From: Squatina squatina
Taxonomy: Eukaryota
Length of the DNA stretch: 42,765 bases
Direction: 5' to 3'
NCBI GenBank assembly: GCA_031763465.1
Contig: JARFOE010000194.1
Span: 7,169,351 to 7,212,115, forward strand
Part shown: positions 1-12,502 of the stretch, piece after piece
How positions within the stretch are numbered: position 1 is the stretch's first letter
Layout: each line of letters opens with the position of its first letter
The notes under the pieces: generated by a model
The model's database searches: none
What the model was told of the DNA's origin: nothing
The model's input: only the letters and a program-made list of their open reading frames with translations
Program-made: the position numbers and the translations under genes

Positions 1-423
1 CACATGACTAAAATCAGCTGACTCAATACACAAGAAGGATTGAATAGAGGCCAGTTCTCCACAGCTTCGGTTCCACATTTGGGCAGAGCATTTACCAACT
101 GAGTCATTGGGCTGCTTGATTTTAAATTATGACCAATAATCTTTGTCACCTCTAACCTGTTAAAGTTGTTTCTAATCTGCTGTCCAAAAACGCTAGCCAG
201 GTGGCCTCCAGCTAGCTGAGCACAGCCTCAAAGACCCACTTATAACTATGCCTTCTACTGTTCGGGTCTTCATAATACGAATGACATTGCCAATGGCTTC
301 TTTGCACTTGGTATTAAAAAAACTGATAGGACTTTTCTACAAGACAAATCCCTCGGTACAGAGGTAATGGTCAACACTAATAAAATTACACCACTGGATT
401 TCTGTTGTAAACGGAAGCCTTAC

Positions 424-492
424 CGAAACAGAATTATAAGTGCTGCTATAGCCGTTAGCTGGGGATTGTCTGGATGTGGAGGGGGAATCTCT
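424..492 (-). CDS. CASK: CASK alternatively spliced 69-nt exon (exon 19, PDZ-SH3 linker)
   Basis: gttgcag|[23 protein letters not shown]|gtaagg; symmetric phase 0. Confidence 0.93.
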
Positions 493-799
493 CTGCAACG
501 AGACAGAAGGTTCAGTAGCACCTTATATACACAACTGCAACACACGTCAGAATTTTATACACGCTTTTAAAGGATTTATGCATAGGTTAAGGTCCAAGTC
601 AATTGTTTCTAAACAGGAATCACTTGCTCATTTTTTTCCCGATGTACATTAGTTGCATGAATAAAGCTTTTGGACTAAGCAGATTTATTCAAAAATGCGT
701 TTGGAATTGACCACTGTTTAGTTAATTCATGTTTTACATAATTACTGTTGTGTTAAACTAAAAGATTCTATCTCAAAGCTTGTTTACATGGAGTATTAC

Positions 800-1305
800 A
801 TATAAAATTCTATAAAGGCTTGACAGGGTAGATACTGAGATGCTATTTCACCTAGCTGGAGAGTCTCAGGATAAGGTGTTGGCAATTGAAAACTGAGGTG
901 AAGAGAAAGTTCTTCACTCAGAGGGTTGTGAATCTTTGGAATTCTCTACCCCCAGAGGGCTGTGGATGCTCAGGCGTTGACTGTATTCAAGATGGTAATT
1001 GATAGATTTTTGGACACGAAGGGAATCAAGTAATATGGAGATATAGTGGGAAAGTGGAGTTGAGGTAGNNNNNNNNNNNNNNNNNNNNNNNNNNNNNNNN
1101 NNNNNNNNNNNNNNNNNNNNNNNNNNNNNNNNNNNNNNNNNNNNNNNNNNNNNNNNNNNNNNNNNNNNGAAGGGAATCAAGTAATATGGAGATATAGTGG
1201 GAAAGTGGAGTTGAGGTAGAAGATCAGCCAAGATCTTACTGAATGGTGGAGCAGGCTTGAAGGGCCGTATATCCTACTCTTGCTCCTACTTCTTATGTTC
1301 TTATT
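800..1305 (+). mobile_element. CR1-type LINE 3' end
   Basis: ORF2 C-terminal remnant (ttcactcagagggttgtgaatctttggaattc) and 3' UTR ending cctactcttgctcctacttcttatgttcttat. Confidence 0.8.
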
Positions 1306-1859
1306 TAAATAGGGATCAAATCTGAATTCAGATATGGTGCAGTAGTACATTTGCAATTCTTGTCCCCATTTTATGGTGAACCCTTCTATTGTCAGGAAAC
1401 AGTGGCACAGAATTTCTATCCTACCTAGTATAAAATCACTCTGATCACTTCTTAAACTGTCCTGCTGTAATTAAAACAGCATCAAGTTTAAGGGGTGTAA
1501 GCTGCACAGTTCATAAATAATAAAATTGTGAGCTGGTCATATCAATAACAAATGGTACACAAATCACATACTACAAAGCCTGATATGAGTCCTGTTCATA
1601 ACAGCCATGGTAATCTTTTTTCCCTATTCCAAGCTTTTTCTTTTGAGTCATGCACATAGGAAATTTTTATATCTGTGGGTGGTGAATTAGTAGAATGACA
1701 CTGACTCCAATCAATACAGTTATAATTGTGAGTCACTGGAGTCCAATCCTAAGCACCGGTCAGTTTGCTAGTGTGCCTCCTGGTACAGTACTTCAATTGA
1801 GCCATAATGGTGAATGCTGTCCATAGACCACAATGTGCTTTTTTTGGTGGGGGTGGGTG

Positions 1860-2516
1860 TGTGAAGGTTGTAAAGCTGTGAGAGCTTTATAGGTATTGTC
1901 CAGCAAGGCCATGAAGGCATTTAAACACAAGGATGAAAATTTTGAATTGGTAACATTGGGGGATCAGGAAACAATGCAGGTCAGCACGAATAGGAATAAC
2001 GGATAAGCGGGACAGGGTTCAAGCAGCAGATTTTTCGATGAGCTTAAGTGTACAAAGCATGAAGGATGGGAATAATCCAGGACAGCATTGGAATAGGATT
2101 AGAGCCTTGAGATGACAAATGCATGAATTAATCAGCAGCAGATGGGCTGAGGCAAAGGTGGAGATGGGTTGTACAGGCAGTCTTTATGATGACGATATGG
2201 GGTCCAAAGCTCAGCTAATGGTTGCAAACAATCAGTTTCAATCCACGTCAGCGGTCAGTGAGGAATGGAATCGGTAGCATGCGTACGGAGTTTGTGGCGT
2301 GATAAAAAGAAGTTGACTTTGGTCTTGCCAATGTTTGACTGGAGGAAATCACAGCTTGTCCAAGACTGGATGCAAGAAAAGCAGTCCAATACTACAGAGG
2401 TAATGGGGTCAAGAGAGGTGGTGGGTCAGTGTACATATGGTACCTGATCCTATGACTTCAGATGATGTTGCCAAGGGGCAGCATGTAGATGAAAAGCAGG
2501 GGGCCAAGGATAGCTC
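1860..2516 (-). mobile_element. L2-type LINE fragment
   Basis: Resembles the reverse complement of L2 ORF2 3' region; shares motifs with copies at 6540 and 25355. Confidence 0.6.
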
Positions 2517-3051
2517 NNNNNNNNNNNNNNNNNNNNNNNNNNNNNNNNNNNNNNNNNNNNNNNNNNNNNNNNNNNNNNNNNNNNNNNNNNNNNNNNNNNN
2601 NNNNNNNNNNNNNNNNTTTAAATGATAACTTTCAGCTGATAGGTGCTTTATCATTATAGTCAGCTGAGCAGTAGTACTGGAGTTGAAAACTTCACTTGAC
2701 CCACCTGGGTTTTTGAATACTGTGCTGACTTCAATGTTGCGGATCATTATGGACAGGAAGTTCCAGTTGGAAGTATTTCCTGTGTTAGACAAAAGGTCCT
2801 GTTGCAGCCATTTTTCTATAGAGTTTTACTGTTCAGCTTTTTTTAAATGTAGTCTTGCATTAAAAAATCCTAATTTGGTCATCCTCAGTACATAACTGTC
2901 TTGTAGGAGAAACCTCTAGTCTAGGTTTGCATCATAAGGTGGCACTAGTGTCTTATTTTGTATGACATTACATTTGTTCCATAGATGTAGGAAACTGTGG
3001 TGCTCCAAATTAATATAATTACTGATAATATGTATATTCCAACATATTCCA

Positions 3052-3262
3052 GTCGGAGGCGAGCAGAGTTGGGAGCAGCTGGTAAGTTAAAAAGTGCGGG
3101 CTTTGTTTGTTTACAAGCCCAGTCAGAGGTGAGCAGAGTCAGGGCTGCCGGTAAGTTTAAAAGCGCGGGCATTGTTTGTTTACAGGCCCAGTCAGAGGTG
3201 AGCAGAATCGGGAGCTGCCGGTAAGTTTAAAAGCGCGGGCTTTGGTTGTTTACAGGCTAGCC
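3052..3262 (+). repeat. Tandem repeat, ~69-70 bp x 3
   Basis: Units start GAGCAGA at 3061, 3131 and 3200, with core GGTAAGTT(T/A)AAAAG(C/T)GCGGGC..TGTTTACA. Confidence 0.85.
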
Positions 3263-3550
3263 CATCACCGAGACAGAGGGCAGCGTTCCAGAGCCACGTC
3301 ACATTTCAAAAAGTGACGCGGGCAAGAGGAGGCAGCTGATTGGATGAGTANNNNNNNNNNNNNNNNNNNNNNNNNNNNNNNNNNNNNNNNNNNNNNNNNN
3401 NNNNNNNNNNNNNNNNNNNNNNNNNNNNNNNNNNNNNNNNNNNNNNNNNNACTTGGTGGGTATGCCGGTAACATAAAATGTGCTGTGTTGTAATTAAAGA
3501 TAAATATTTGTGCTGTTTGCAAATAGCCCATCTCACAGGAATAAGTTATT

Positions 3551-4260
3551 GGGCCCGATTTTGTTGTGAAAATAACTGAGACACTAATAGCGCTCACAAT
3601 TATTTATTCGCGAATTGGACAGCAACTTCTGGTGAGTGTAGTGAAATGCAAAAATCTGGAAGTTGCTGTCTGAGATGCACTGCTCCTCCGTAAGCGGCAT
3701 GAAAACATCATCTCGCCATCTGGCTCCCCATTCAAATGTGTTCAACTCTGTGAAGTTCCTGTATTGATGTTGTAGATACGCCACAAAATTTTAGGGCTTG
3801 TCCACTCCAGTCTAAGTACCCTTTTAATAGCACAATAAGTCTTAATTACTGCCAAACAACCTCTCTGGCATGGAAAATTAACTTTTATAAGAATGGAGTC
3901 TCATTCCTTCAGATTTTAATTATTGTTGGAGATTTCTTTTAAATGTAACTGCATTTTTTTACTTTTTCTTTCTGTCTTTTTATCTCTCTCTTAATCCAAT
4001 CTTTCTTTCCCTATCTTTATTTTGTTTTCTGTACCTGATTTAATATGGAATTCATTATTCTAATTTACACTTCCTGGTTCAGACTCTGTGATGGTTATTA
4101 ACAATTCGTCAATCTGATTGGTTCGGTTGCTTGCCCTGTACAAACAGTTCCCAGATGCCCTCCAGAGGGCACCGGACCATTTAAATCCTTGGCTGACAAC
4201 ATGCCGTACAAAAGGCCATAGAAAGCCTATGGGCAAGTGCAAGTCTAACTTCCGCCACTC
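3551..4260. mobile_element. Non-autonomous DNA transposon (MITE-like), same family as 10122-10595
   Basis: Shared internal sequence (ttaatccaatctttctttcc...ttcctggttcagactctgtg...aaaaggccata...caagtgcaagt). Confidence 0.6.
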
Positions 4261-4299
4261 ATCGAATTATGTTCGTCAGCACACTACAATATAGATATA

Positions 4300-4700
4300 C
4301 ATGCACTGGGAAGAGTACAGCGAAGGACAATGGGATTGATCCTTACTTTACTGGGAAAGATTAAAAGCTCTGAATTTTAAAGCCTGGTGAGGAGGTTAAG
4401 GAGTAAATTTCATTAAATTGTATAAAATTTTAAATGGTATGTATAAATTAATCTCAGATTGAAACATCAAAGCAGGAAAGTAGAGCTGCAAAACATTAAT
4501 GGACATTAGTGGAAAGCAAATTTCAATCCAATCACCAGGTAGAACTCTACTCTGAGTGATAAACTTTTGCATTAATCTGCCATTAAGGATAATAGAAATG
4601 AAAACATTGGGGTTATTCAAAGTGTAGTTCACTGTTATGATGGTACAGTTGGGTATATGAGGGATGAACTTCATTAATGAGCCCTTTCTCTTCCATGACT
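4300..4700 (+). mobile_element. Old CR1 3' fragment
   Basis: Degenerate LGRVQRRTM...YKILNG remnant and CR1-like 3' UTR. Confidence 0.5.
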
Positions 4701-5119
4701 TTTATTATGTTCTATATTTTTTATTTAACATAAAGAAAACCCAGAGAATCAGCAGAGATGGTAACGTATGAAGTCTTGATTGAATCTAACGAAACAACTG
4801 TGATAAAAGTGAACAATGAACAGCTGAGGACTAAGTATGAATTTTTTTGTTGGCCTGTCAGCCTGATCTGCTGCTCACAGGTTGTCACCTCTAGCTCAGA
4901 GCAGAAATATTTATATCACTACAGTGGATTTGCAATATCTGAGTATGAGGATACAATGTTAGATGATGTCAGTGGAGGCAGCAAGTTTATATTTCAGAAA
5001 ATACAAACCGGGTATAGTCAACTGAATCTTTAGAATTTTCTTTATATACTTATTATAGAAATCACATGACTGTGGGGTAAATCTGTACAGTTTTTTAAAC
5101 TCCCACCCATCAAGTTTAC

Positions 5120-5230
5120 GGGGGATACAGGGAGAAAGCAAGGACAGGGTACCGAAGTTGAAAGATCAGCCATGATCTCATTGAATGGCGGAGCAGGCTC
5201 GAAGGACCGGATGGCCTACTCCTGCTCCTA
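5120..5230 (+). mobile_element. CR1 3' UTR fragment
   Basis: gatcagccatgatctcattgaatggcggagcaggctcgaagg...cctactcctgctccta. Confidence 0.75.
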
Positions 5231-6096
5231 TCTGCGGTAACTCCCTTCCACTTCAACCAGCTGCTGACTGATCTGAGATGAACTGATATTCTCCCTTTCC
5301 ATAGCATTTTCTAATATTTCAGCAATTTATCTGCAGTTACTGGTTACCACAACAGTGTGAGTTGGCAGGTTAATCACCTGCAGGGGCATCATAGCTATAC
5401 CGAATCCTTTCTTTGGCCAACATATCCACACACATTTTCAGCAGGAACAGGAATCCTGGCCAAATGTCACGCTTGTGTAATCAAAAATACTTGTAACTCT
5501 GCTTCATTTGGTGTTTCAAGTCAGTTATAAAATTATGAAAATTTATTAACAATGGAATTCAAACAGATGCATAGCTGCAATTTAATGCTCCAAGTAGAGT
5601 GTGTAGATAAAACTAGTGGGCTTGGGAAAGGGGTAATCTACACTGTTATAAATAAAAATGAGGCAAAGTAAACTGTTGCACAGTAACATTCTTACCAACA
5701 TATAATCTTCATTATATGACTGAGTTAATGCCCACAACCGGTCAGTGGTAACATTGGGATCTGCACAAAGTGCTAATTTGTTAATTACAGTGTTCTAGTC
5801 AATAAAAAGGAAATCTGAATTTGTCTAGCCTGTATACATACAGTCTAGTTCATCAATAAATGCTGATCAATCTTTATTCATGTCTCTTTCAGACTTTTTA
5901 ATGACATTATGGGATACTTTTACCATTTGAAGTGCTCATACATGGGAACAGAGAAAATTACTAATTTGGTTGCTTAGTTTTACTGCTGTGATGACTTATG
6001 TTAACTAAAATGACTACTTTAAATGATGTTATTTCTGCCAACACATCTAGATAAAAATTACTAAAACTGATTAGAAAACTAGAGATCTTTATTCTA

Positions 6097-6270
<174 letters not shown>

Positions 6271-6539
6271 TCAAAATCTACACTCCTCCTAAGGTCGTGA
6301 GAGGTTCTGTAGAAATGCAAGTCTTTTTATCCACGAATGCTTGAGGTTGGACTTTAACTTCTATACAGTGAGACTCCCAAGATGTCAACGTCAGGCGAAT
6401 GTTAGTGGGCCCTGTTTTTAAATGAATGGAGTTGTGCTTGTTTAGTGTAACTTGCTTTTCAAGGTGCCTTATTCTGTGCCTCATGTCTCACATCAGTTTG
6501 CTTTTGAGTTGCTTTGAGGTCCACTGATGGCTATGTAAC

Positions 6540-6798
6540 ATCAACAACTTGTATTTATATAACACCTTTAACATAACCAAACGTCGCAAGGTGCTTCACA
6601 GTGTTATCAAACAAAGATTTGACACCAAGCCAAAGAAAGAGATATTAGGGTAGGTGAACAAAAGCTTGATCAAAGAACTAGGTTTTAAGGAGGAGGGAGA
6701 GGTTTAGGGAGGGAATTCCTGAGCTTAGGGTCTAGACAGCTGAAGGCACGGCCGCCAATGGTGGGGTGCAGGTATGGACAGAGGCCAGCATTGGAGGG
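6540..6798 (-). mobile_element. L2-type LINE 3' end
   Basis: Tail aacaacttgtatttatataacaccttt; reverse ORF reads IGGRAFSCLDPKLRNSLP. Confidence 0.75.
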
Positions 6799-7195
6799 NN
6801 NNNNNNNNNNNNNNNNNNNNNNNNNNNNNNNNNNNNNNNNNNNNNNNNNNNNNNNNNNNNNNNNNNNNNNNNNNNNNNNNNNNNNNNNNNNNNNNNNNAA
6901 TTGACTTCTTTGGGCCGGGGTGGGGGGGGGGGGGGGAGGGTGGAAATCAAAATAAAACACAAAATAATTTTTTTTCTTCTATAAAATGGAGAACTTTGAA
7001 TAAAAAGTAGTATTCAGACTTTCCTTTCCCCCTTAACCACTGTACAATATTATTTTATAAAAAAAGGAACTCACTTGTTCACCAGATTGCCTGACAGTGA
7101 GTGTTGTTACATAAGTAGCTACTAAATTTAGATAGTATTCATTGACAATCTTATCTCTTTATTTTGAGGTGTGACAACCAGAATAATGCACTTAC

Positions 7196-7276
7196 CATAA
7201 AATGAGGCCGTGTTAGGATACACTTCAATTCCTTTGCATCATTATTTTCTGGATAGCATGAAATCTCTTCCAACAC
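7196..7276 (-). CDS. CASK: CASK exon 14 (81 nt), second L27 domain
   Basis: cttgcag|[27 protein letters not shown]|gtaagt. Confidence 0.96.
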
Positions 7277-7764
7277 CTGCAAGATGCAACAAATTCTTAG
7301 CGAGCTTCTGCAGGTACTAAACTTGCAAAACTAAGAAATGCCACTATTTGAAGCTGAAAATTAATCTGGGGGAATGGAAGGGGCAAGGATTTTTTTTAGT
7401 TTTGTTGAAAGCTACCTTACAGTGAGTGAGTCTTATCTGATCTATCAGATATGGCTGGATTTTCCTCCATGATCCTGCCCTAAATCAGGTGCAAAGTTTG
7501 CAGGAAAATGAGGCAATGACTCCCACTGATGCCTCCCCACTCTGACTTTGATTTTCTTCCCTCTACTGCTGGATGCCCTTTCTTTGCCCATTGCATGCAA
7601 ATGCCAACGTTGGTGGTGGGTCCAGGTTTATGGCGCATTTTCCTGCTGTGCTCCCTGGGACCACNNNNNNNNNNNNNNNNNNNNNNNNNNNNNNNNNNNN
7701 NNNNNNNNNNNNNNNNNNNNNNNNNNNNNNNNNNNNNNNNNNNNNNNNNNNNNNNNNNNNNNNN

Positions 7765-7870
7765 TTTGCGGATCCCGTATTGGACTTTTCAGCCACCTCA
7801 GAACCCACAACTCCGGAGTGGAAGCAAGTCATCCTCGACCCCAAGGGACTGCCTAAGAAGGAAAAAGACG
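7765..7870 (+). mobile_element. RTE-type LINE 3' end
   Basis: CGSRIGLFSHLRTH zinc-finger-like C-terminus followed by a short UTR and an AAG-rich tail. Confidence 0.75.
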
Positions 7871-7936
7871 ACTCCCTAATGGAAGTGGGATTGCTGGTTC
7901 GTCCCTTATGTGACACGGACACTCTACAAAGCCCAC

Positions 7937-7949
7937 CTGCATGGTACAT
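7937..7949 (-). CDS. CASK: Candidate internal alternative first coding exon of CASK (M-Y-H-A-G, phase 1)
   Basis: gccaacATG TAC CAT GCA G|gtgggc: good Kozak context, a donor whose phase matches the first L27 exon, and surrounding CpG-retaining unique sequence. Inference only. Confidence 0.4.
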
Positions 7950-10019
7950 GTTGGCTTCCTAACAGCATGTCACTCAGAATCGGACGTTTCCCGAACTCTC
8001 GATGCAAGCGCAGATATTTAAAATTACTGTATTTGGGGACTCCAGGGATGTCACGATTAACCGGCACCTCTCATGTCCCATGGATGCCTGATAACAAAGC
8101 TTTTACTGTACTTTACTTCAAAAGTTATTCAATAATGATCAGAAGCAGTAACTTCAGTTTATTTTTCTCCTACCCAGTATACTGAGACCACTTGTGTCCC
8201 CACTGCCTCTCTGGCTGAGAACAGATCAGTTTATCAAAAAGTACAGATGCTGAGCAGCCTTGTTCTAATTTGCAACAAAACATTCTGCAATACACAATCA
8301 AGTGTATTTGAATGAACACCCACACTTTCTACTGAGGCTAAATCTCCAAGAGAACACTCCAAAAACTTACAGACAAACAAGTTAAAAGTAGTGCTAGACG
8401 GTGCATAAACACGGTTCACAATCTGAATGTACAAAAAGCTCTGAGCCCCAGTAACTCTTGGCTGAGAATAAACTTACCAAACGTAAACCCAAGAACGGGG
8501 GATGTGACGAAAGACGTAGGTTCACTTAACTTGTGCTGCACTCCACCAATCAGTAAATTATTAATTACATATTTACTGACAGGGTAGACTCAAGTGTTGT
8601 TCTGCTTTTTCCAAACTGGATCTAACTTAAATACTGTGAAGTATCCAGTCTAACCTTTTCCCTAAGGGACGGACATCTGTTAGACAAAAGCTGGCACCTT
8701 CAAAAACCAGAGCTCTACCATGTACCCGGAATTAGTGGAGCGCAGGCAATTGTATCTTGAGATACACACATTAGACATGAAAGGTCCTCTAAAATCTGAT
8801 GAACAAAAATGCAAGCAAGTTAACAAAGTAACAAAGTTTTTGAAAGTATTCACATTCAAAAGTACTGTGCATAGACACATACAAAGCATCATCTTTAGGT
8901 TCGAACTCACCTAATGAGCCAGTAATATCCCGAGCTAAACAGTGTAGGTCTGAAACAATGCAATTTAGTCTCAATCTGGCTAAAGACTTGAATGGCCCTT
9001 TAAACAGCTTGGGTTGCCTGGGCTTTGTGTGTACAGCAGTTCTCACAGTCAGTCACTGACAAAGCTGTCAGTGCAGAACGGCTCCAAAAATACAAAAGAT
9101 GATATTGTTCCCTCCCTGCATGAAATTTCACTTGTAAATCTNNNNNNNNNNCCCATGGCATCAGTCCTTGAAGAAATGACCAATTCCTAAAGGGGTGGAT
9201 CTGAAAGGCTTGGGTGCATGCAGCTCCTAGTCTCCTTATGCAGATCTTGCAACTGCTCTCTACAGACAAAATATCTGTGTCAAAACAGACTAGCTCACGG
9301 ATTTTCTTCCTGCCCCATTCCACACAGGACATTTTACTGGCTGGAGGCCAGATACAGATTGAACAAAGCAGCTAGGCAAAGTAGGAGTGAGACTAGGGTG
9401 TGTAGCATTTTCCTAAACTTTGTTAGAAATGACCACAAAATATTCGACACACTGTAATTAGTGCACTAACATTTGAGCTGAAAAATTTACACCACAGGAA
9501 TTTAACACGGTCCTGCATAAACCTCTGCATAAATCCATAAGTCATTTAATTTAATTATTCATCAAGTCTTAATGCCAGAACAACTTTGTTTTATCAAATG
9601 ATATCGCATAAATGATGATATGTCATTATTTTTAAATGGATGCATTAACATCCCTGCTTGCTTCTTGTGTTCTGCTTTAAAATATAATTCCTCCAAGAGC
9701 CATTAAAAATTTCTAGCTCTGGCCAAGTAATACTTATAAGCATGTGAGGTCAGTGAGGGTACAGTACCAGGCAGAGATGGTTTAGAGCTACAGGAATGCT
9801 NNNNNNNNNNNNNNNNNNNNNNNNNNNNNNNNNNNNNNNNNNNNNNNNNNNNNNNNNNNNNNNNNNNNNNNNNNNNNNNNNNNNNNNNNNNNNNNNNNNN
9901 ATCAACAAGACCATTTGACTCCTGCCTAGAACTACGCACCTTAGCATCTACTCCCTCATTCTCTTTCAGACTAGGTGCGACAGTGCATAACCTTCATGTC
10001 TTGTTTGACTGAACAGTTT

Positions 10020-11020
10020 CAAACCCACAACCTTGCCAGCAGCAAGACTCCCGATTTCCATTTCTGCAACATTGCCCGTCTCTACTCCTACCTGACCCCC
10101 AATGTCGTTGAAATACTTATCGGGACGGATTTGGCAGTAAAGATAATGGTGAGGCTAATAGCATCTCTTTTATCTCTCTTTCTTAATCCAATCTTTCTTT
10201 CCATCTCTTTATTTTGCTTTCTGTACCTGATTTGACATTGAATTAAGTATTCTAACTGACATTTCCTGGTTCAGACTCTGTGCTGCTCAGTAATGATTCA
10301 TCAATCTGACTGGTTAAGGAAACACATAGTCGCTTTCCCTGTTCACACAGGTTCCAAATGATCTGCCAAGGGCGCTGCACTTTTTCCAATTGTGGCTGGC
10401 AAGAACTTCCAGTGCAAAAGGCCATAAAAAGTCTATGGACAAGTGCAAGTATAATGAATGGCGGCGTTCTGTCATTGCTGATCCCAAAATATGGCCCATC
10501 GTGCTTTTGGCCACTGCAGATTAGATTACGGTAATGCTCTTTGTTAGTCATGCAAGTTCTGCCCTTTAGGCAGTAACTTGTCCAAAGCTCCGCCATCCTT
10601 ATCCTATAATAGGTCCTGTTCCCCTATTTCCCCTAGATTAATCGCCCTCCACTGGCTCTCTATGCATAAATTTTAAAATACCAGTCCTCATCTACAAATC
10701 TTTCAATGGCCTTGTCCCTCTCCAATTCTGCAACCTCATTGAGCCCTATGGCAATTTACACACCCTCCACTCTTCTGATTTTGACCTTCTTGGCATTCCT
10801 CCTCCTCTCCATTCTATTTTTTAAGCTACAAAGCAATCAGCCCTTTCAGTCCCATTCTCTGGAACATCCACCGTTAATCCCTTTGCTCTTCTTCAAAAGC
10901 CTCCTTAAAATGTGCCTCTGATTGTTTCATTAATGTTGGTCCTCATTTCTCAGTCTGCAGCTATTTCCACCTCTGAGATGTTTCATTATGTTAAACACAC
11001 TATACAAGGACAAGGTGTTG
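10020..11020 (+). mobile_element. L2 3' fragment with a nested MITE (10122-10595)
   Basis: FHFCNIARLYSYLTPNVVEILI on the left and L2 LHWL region plus tail on the right; imperfect TIRs gggacggatttgg / ccaaagctccgcca. Confidence 0.65.
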
Positions 11021-12337
11021 CTGGATAAAATGTACCGATTCAGTCCCCTCCATTTAAAAAAATATTACCTCACCAAAGATTTTTTTTTCTCACATCAGTT
11101 ATCAGATTATATTCTGAACTCTTTGTCCACATCAGAAGAAAAAAGAAATGAATGTTTTTTTTGATGAAAATGATTCCTGTTGAGGACAAATGCTTAATAA
11201 CGCTTGGAAAATTTCTTGCACCATGCAAGTAACTAATGAAATTAGTTAACAGCAGGGGAGAAAATTTATTATTCATGCTTTAGCACTTACTTCTCGACAC
11301 ATGTGGATTCATTAAAATTTCTTTCATCCCTACAAAGAAAATCCTCTGATTAGGTTGAATTTGGCACTTATATGAACCATTTATCACATATGACAAAAAG
11401 GAATTAATGGAAAACAGATGGTTCACACCAACAGATGATTTGCACTATTTATGAATGCACATAATTTAAAAGGCTATTCAGCTATCAAGCCTCACCTTCC
11501 ACAGATCATGTANNNNNNNNNNNNNNNNNNNNNNNNNNNNNNNNNNNNNNNNNNNNNNNNNNNNNNNNNNNNNNNNNNNNNNNNNNNNNNNNNNNNNNNN
11601 NNNNNNNNNNNNCACAATCACATAAAAATAAATTTTAAAACAGCTTAAATATTAAAATTAATTAAAATGCTACATAATTAAATATTTTATACAATTTTTT
11701 TTTAAATTAAAAAAGTTTGTCTAAAAAATATACCTACATTTTTAATAAATAAATACACGGTTTAATTATATTTTTATATATTTTAAACAATTCCTAGGCT
11801 GATAAAAGCAGGCCTATATGCTTGATTTTACCAGCTTAAGAAATTAAAGGATTTTTGCTGGGCAGGAGTTGGGGATAGCCCAGCTCTCCGCCCATGGAAG
11901 CCCTTTACTTTCGGGTGCGGTGGACCTGTCAATAGAGATCGTGACAGATCGCAAGTTCAGGTTTAGGGGCATGCACAGTGCATCCCTAAACCCAGAATTC
12001 GCGGGCCACCTACGGGCGCATGTACTTCGTTTGGGCCATTGATGCACAGAAAGGAAACTTAGTGAAATATAGAAGGGAGAGAGAGAGATACACACAAGGG
12101 AATGAGGAGGAGACTAATGTTTTCAGATTTTTCAGTATTCATAACCTTAGTTACAAGACCCTGAGGGGCGGTTTAATGGTGGAATTGGTTGTAAAATTAT
12201 TGCTTTTCATTATTTATTGTTAAAGATAATACAGTGTGTGAGTAAGGAAACATAAAAAATGTATTTTTGTTGCACAGCTTCAGGATTTTGCTTGATTAAA
12301 ATTACACGGAGATCAGCTTTAATCTCTGATTTCTCTA

Positions 12338-12502
<165 letters not shown>

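Noticed and set aside
3052-3262. CRISPR-like array
   Set aside because: Vertebrate DNA, contiguous units without unique spacers, and no cas genes.
8680-9410. Minus-strand ORFs, including signal-peptide-like MLHTLVSLLLCLAALFNL
   Set aside because: Early stops and no recognisable homology; better explained as non-coding or UTR sequence.
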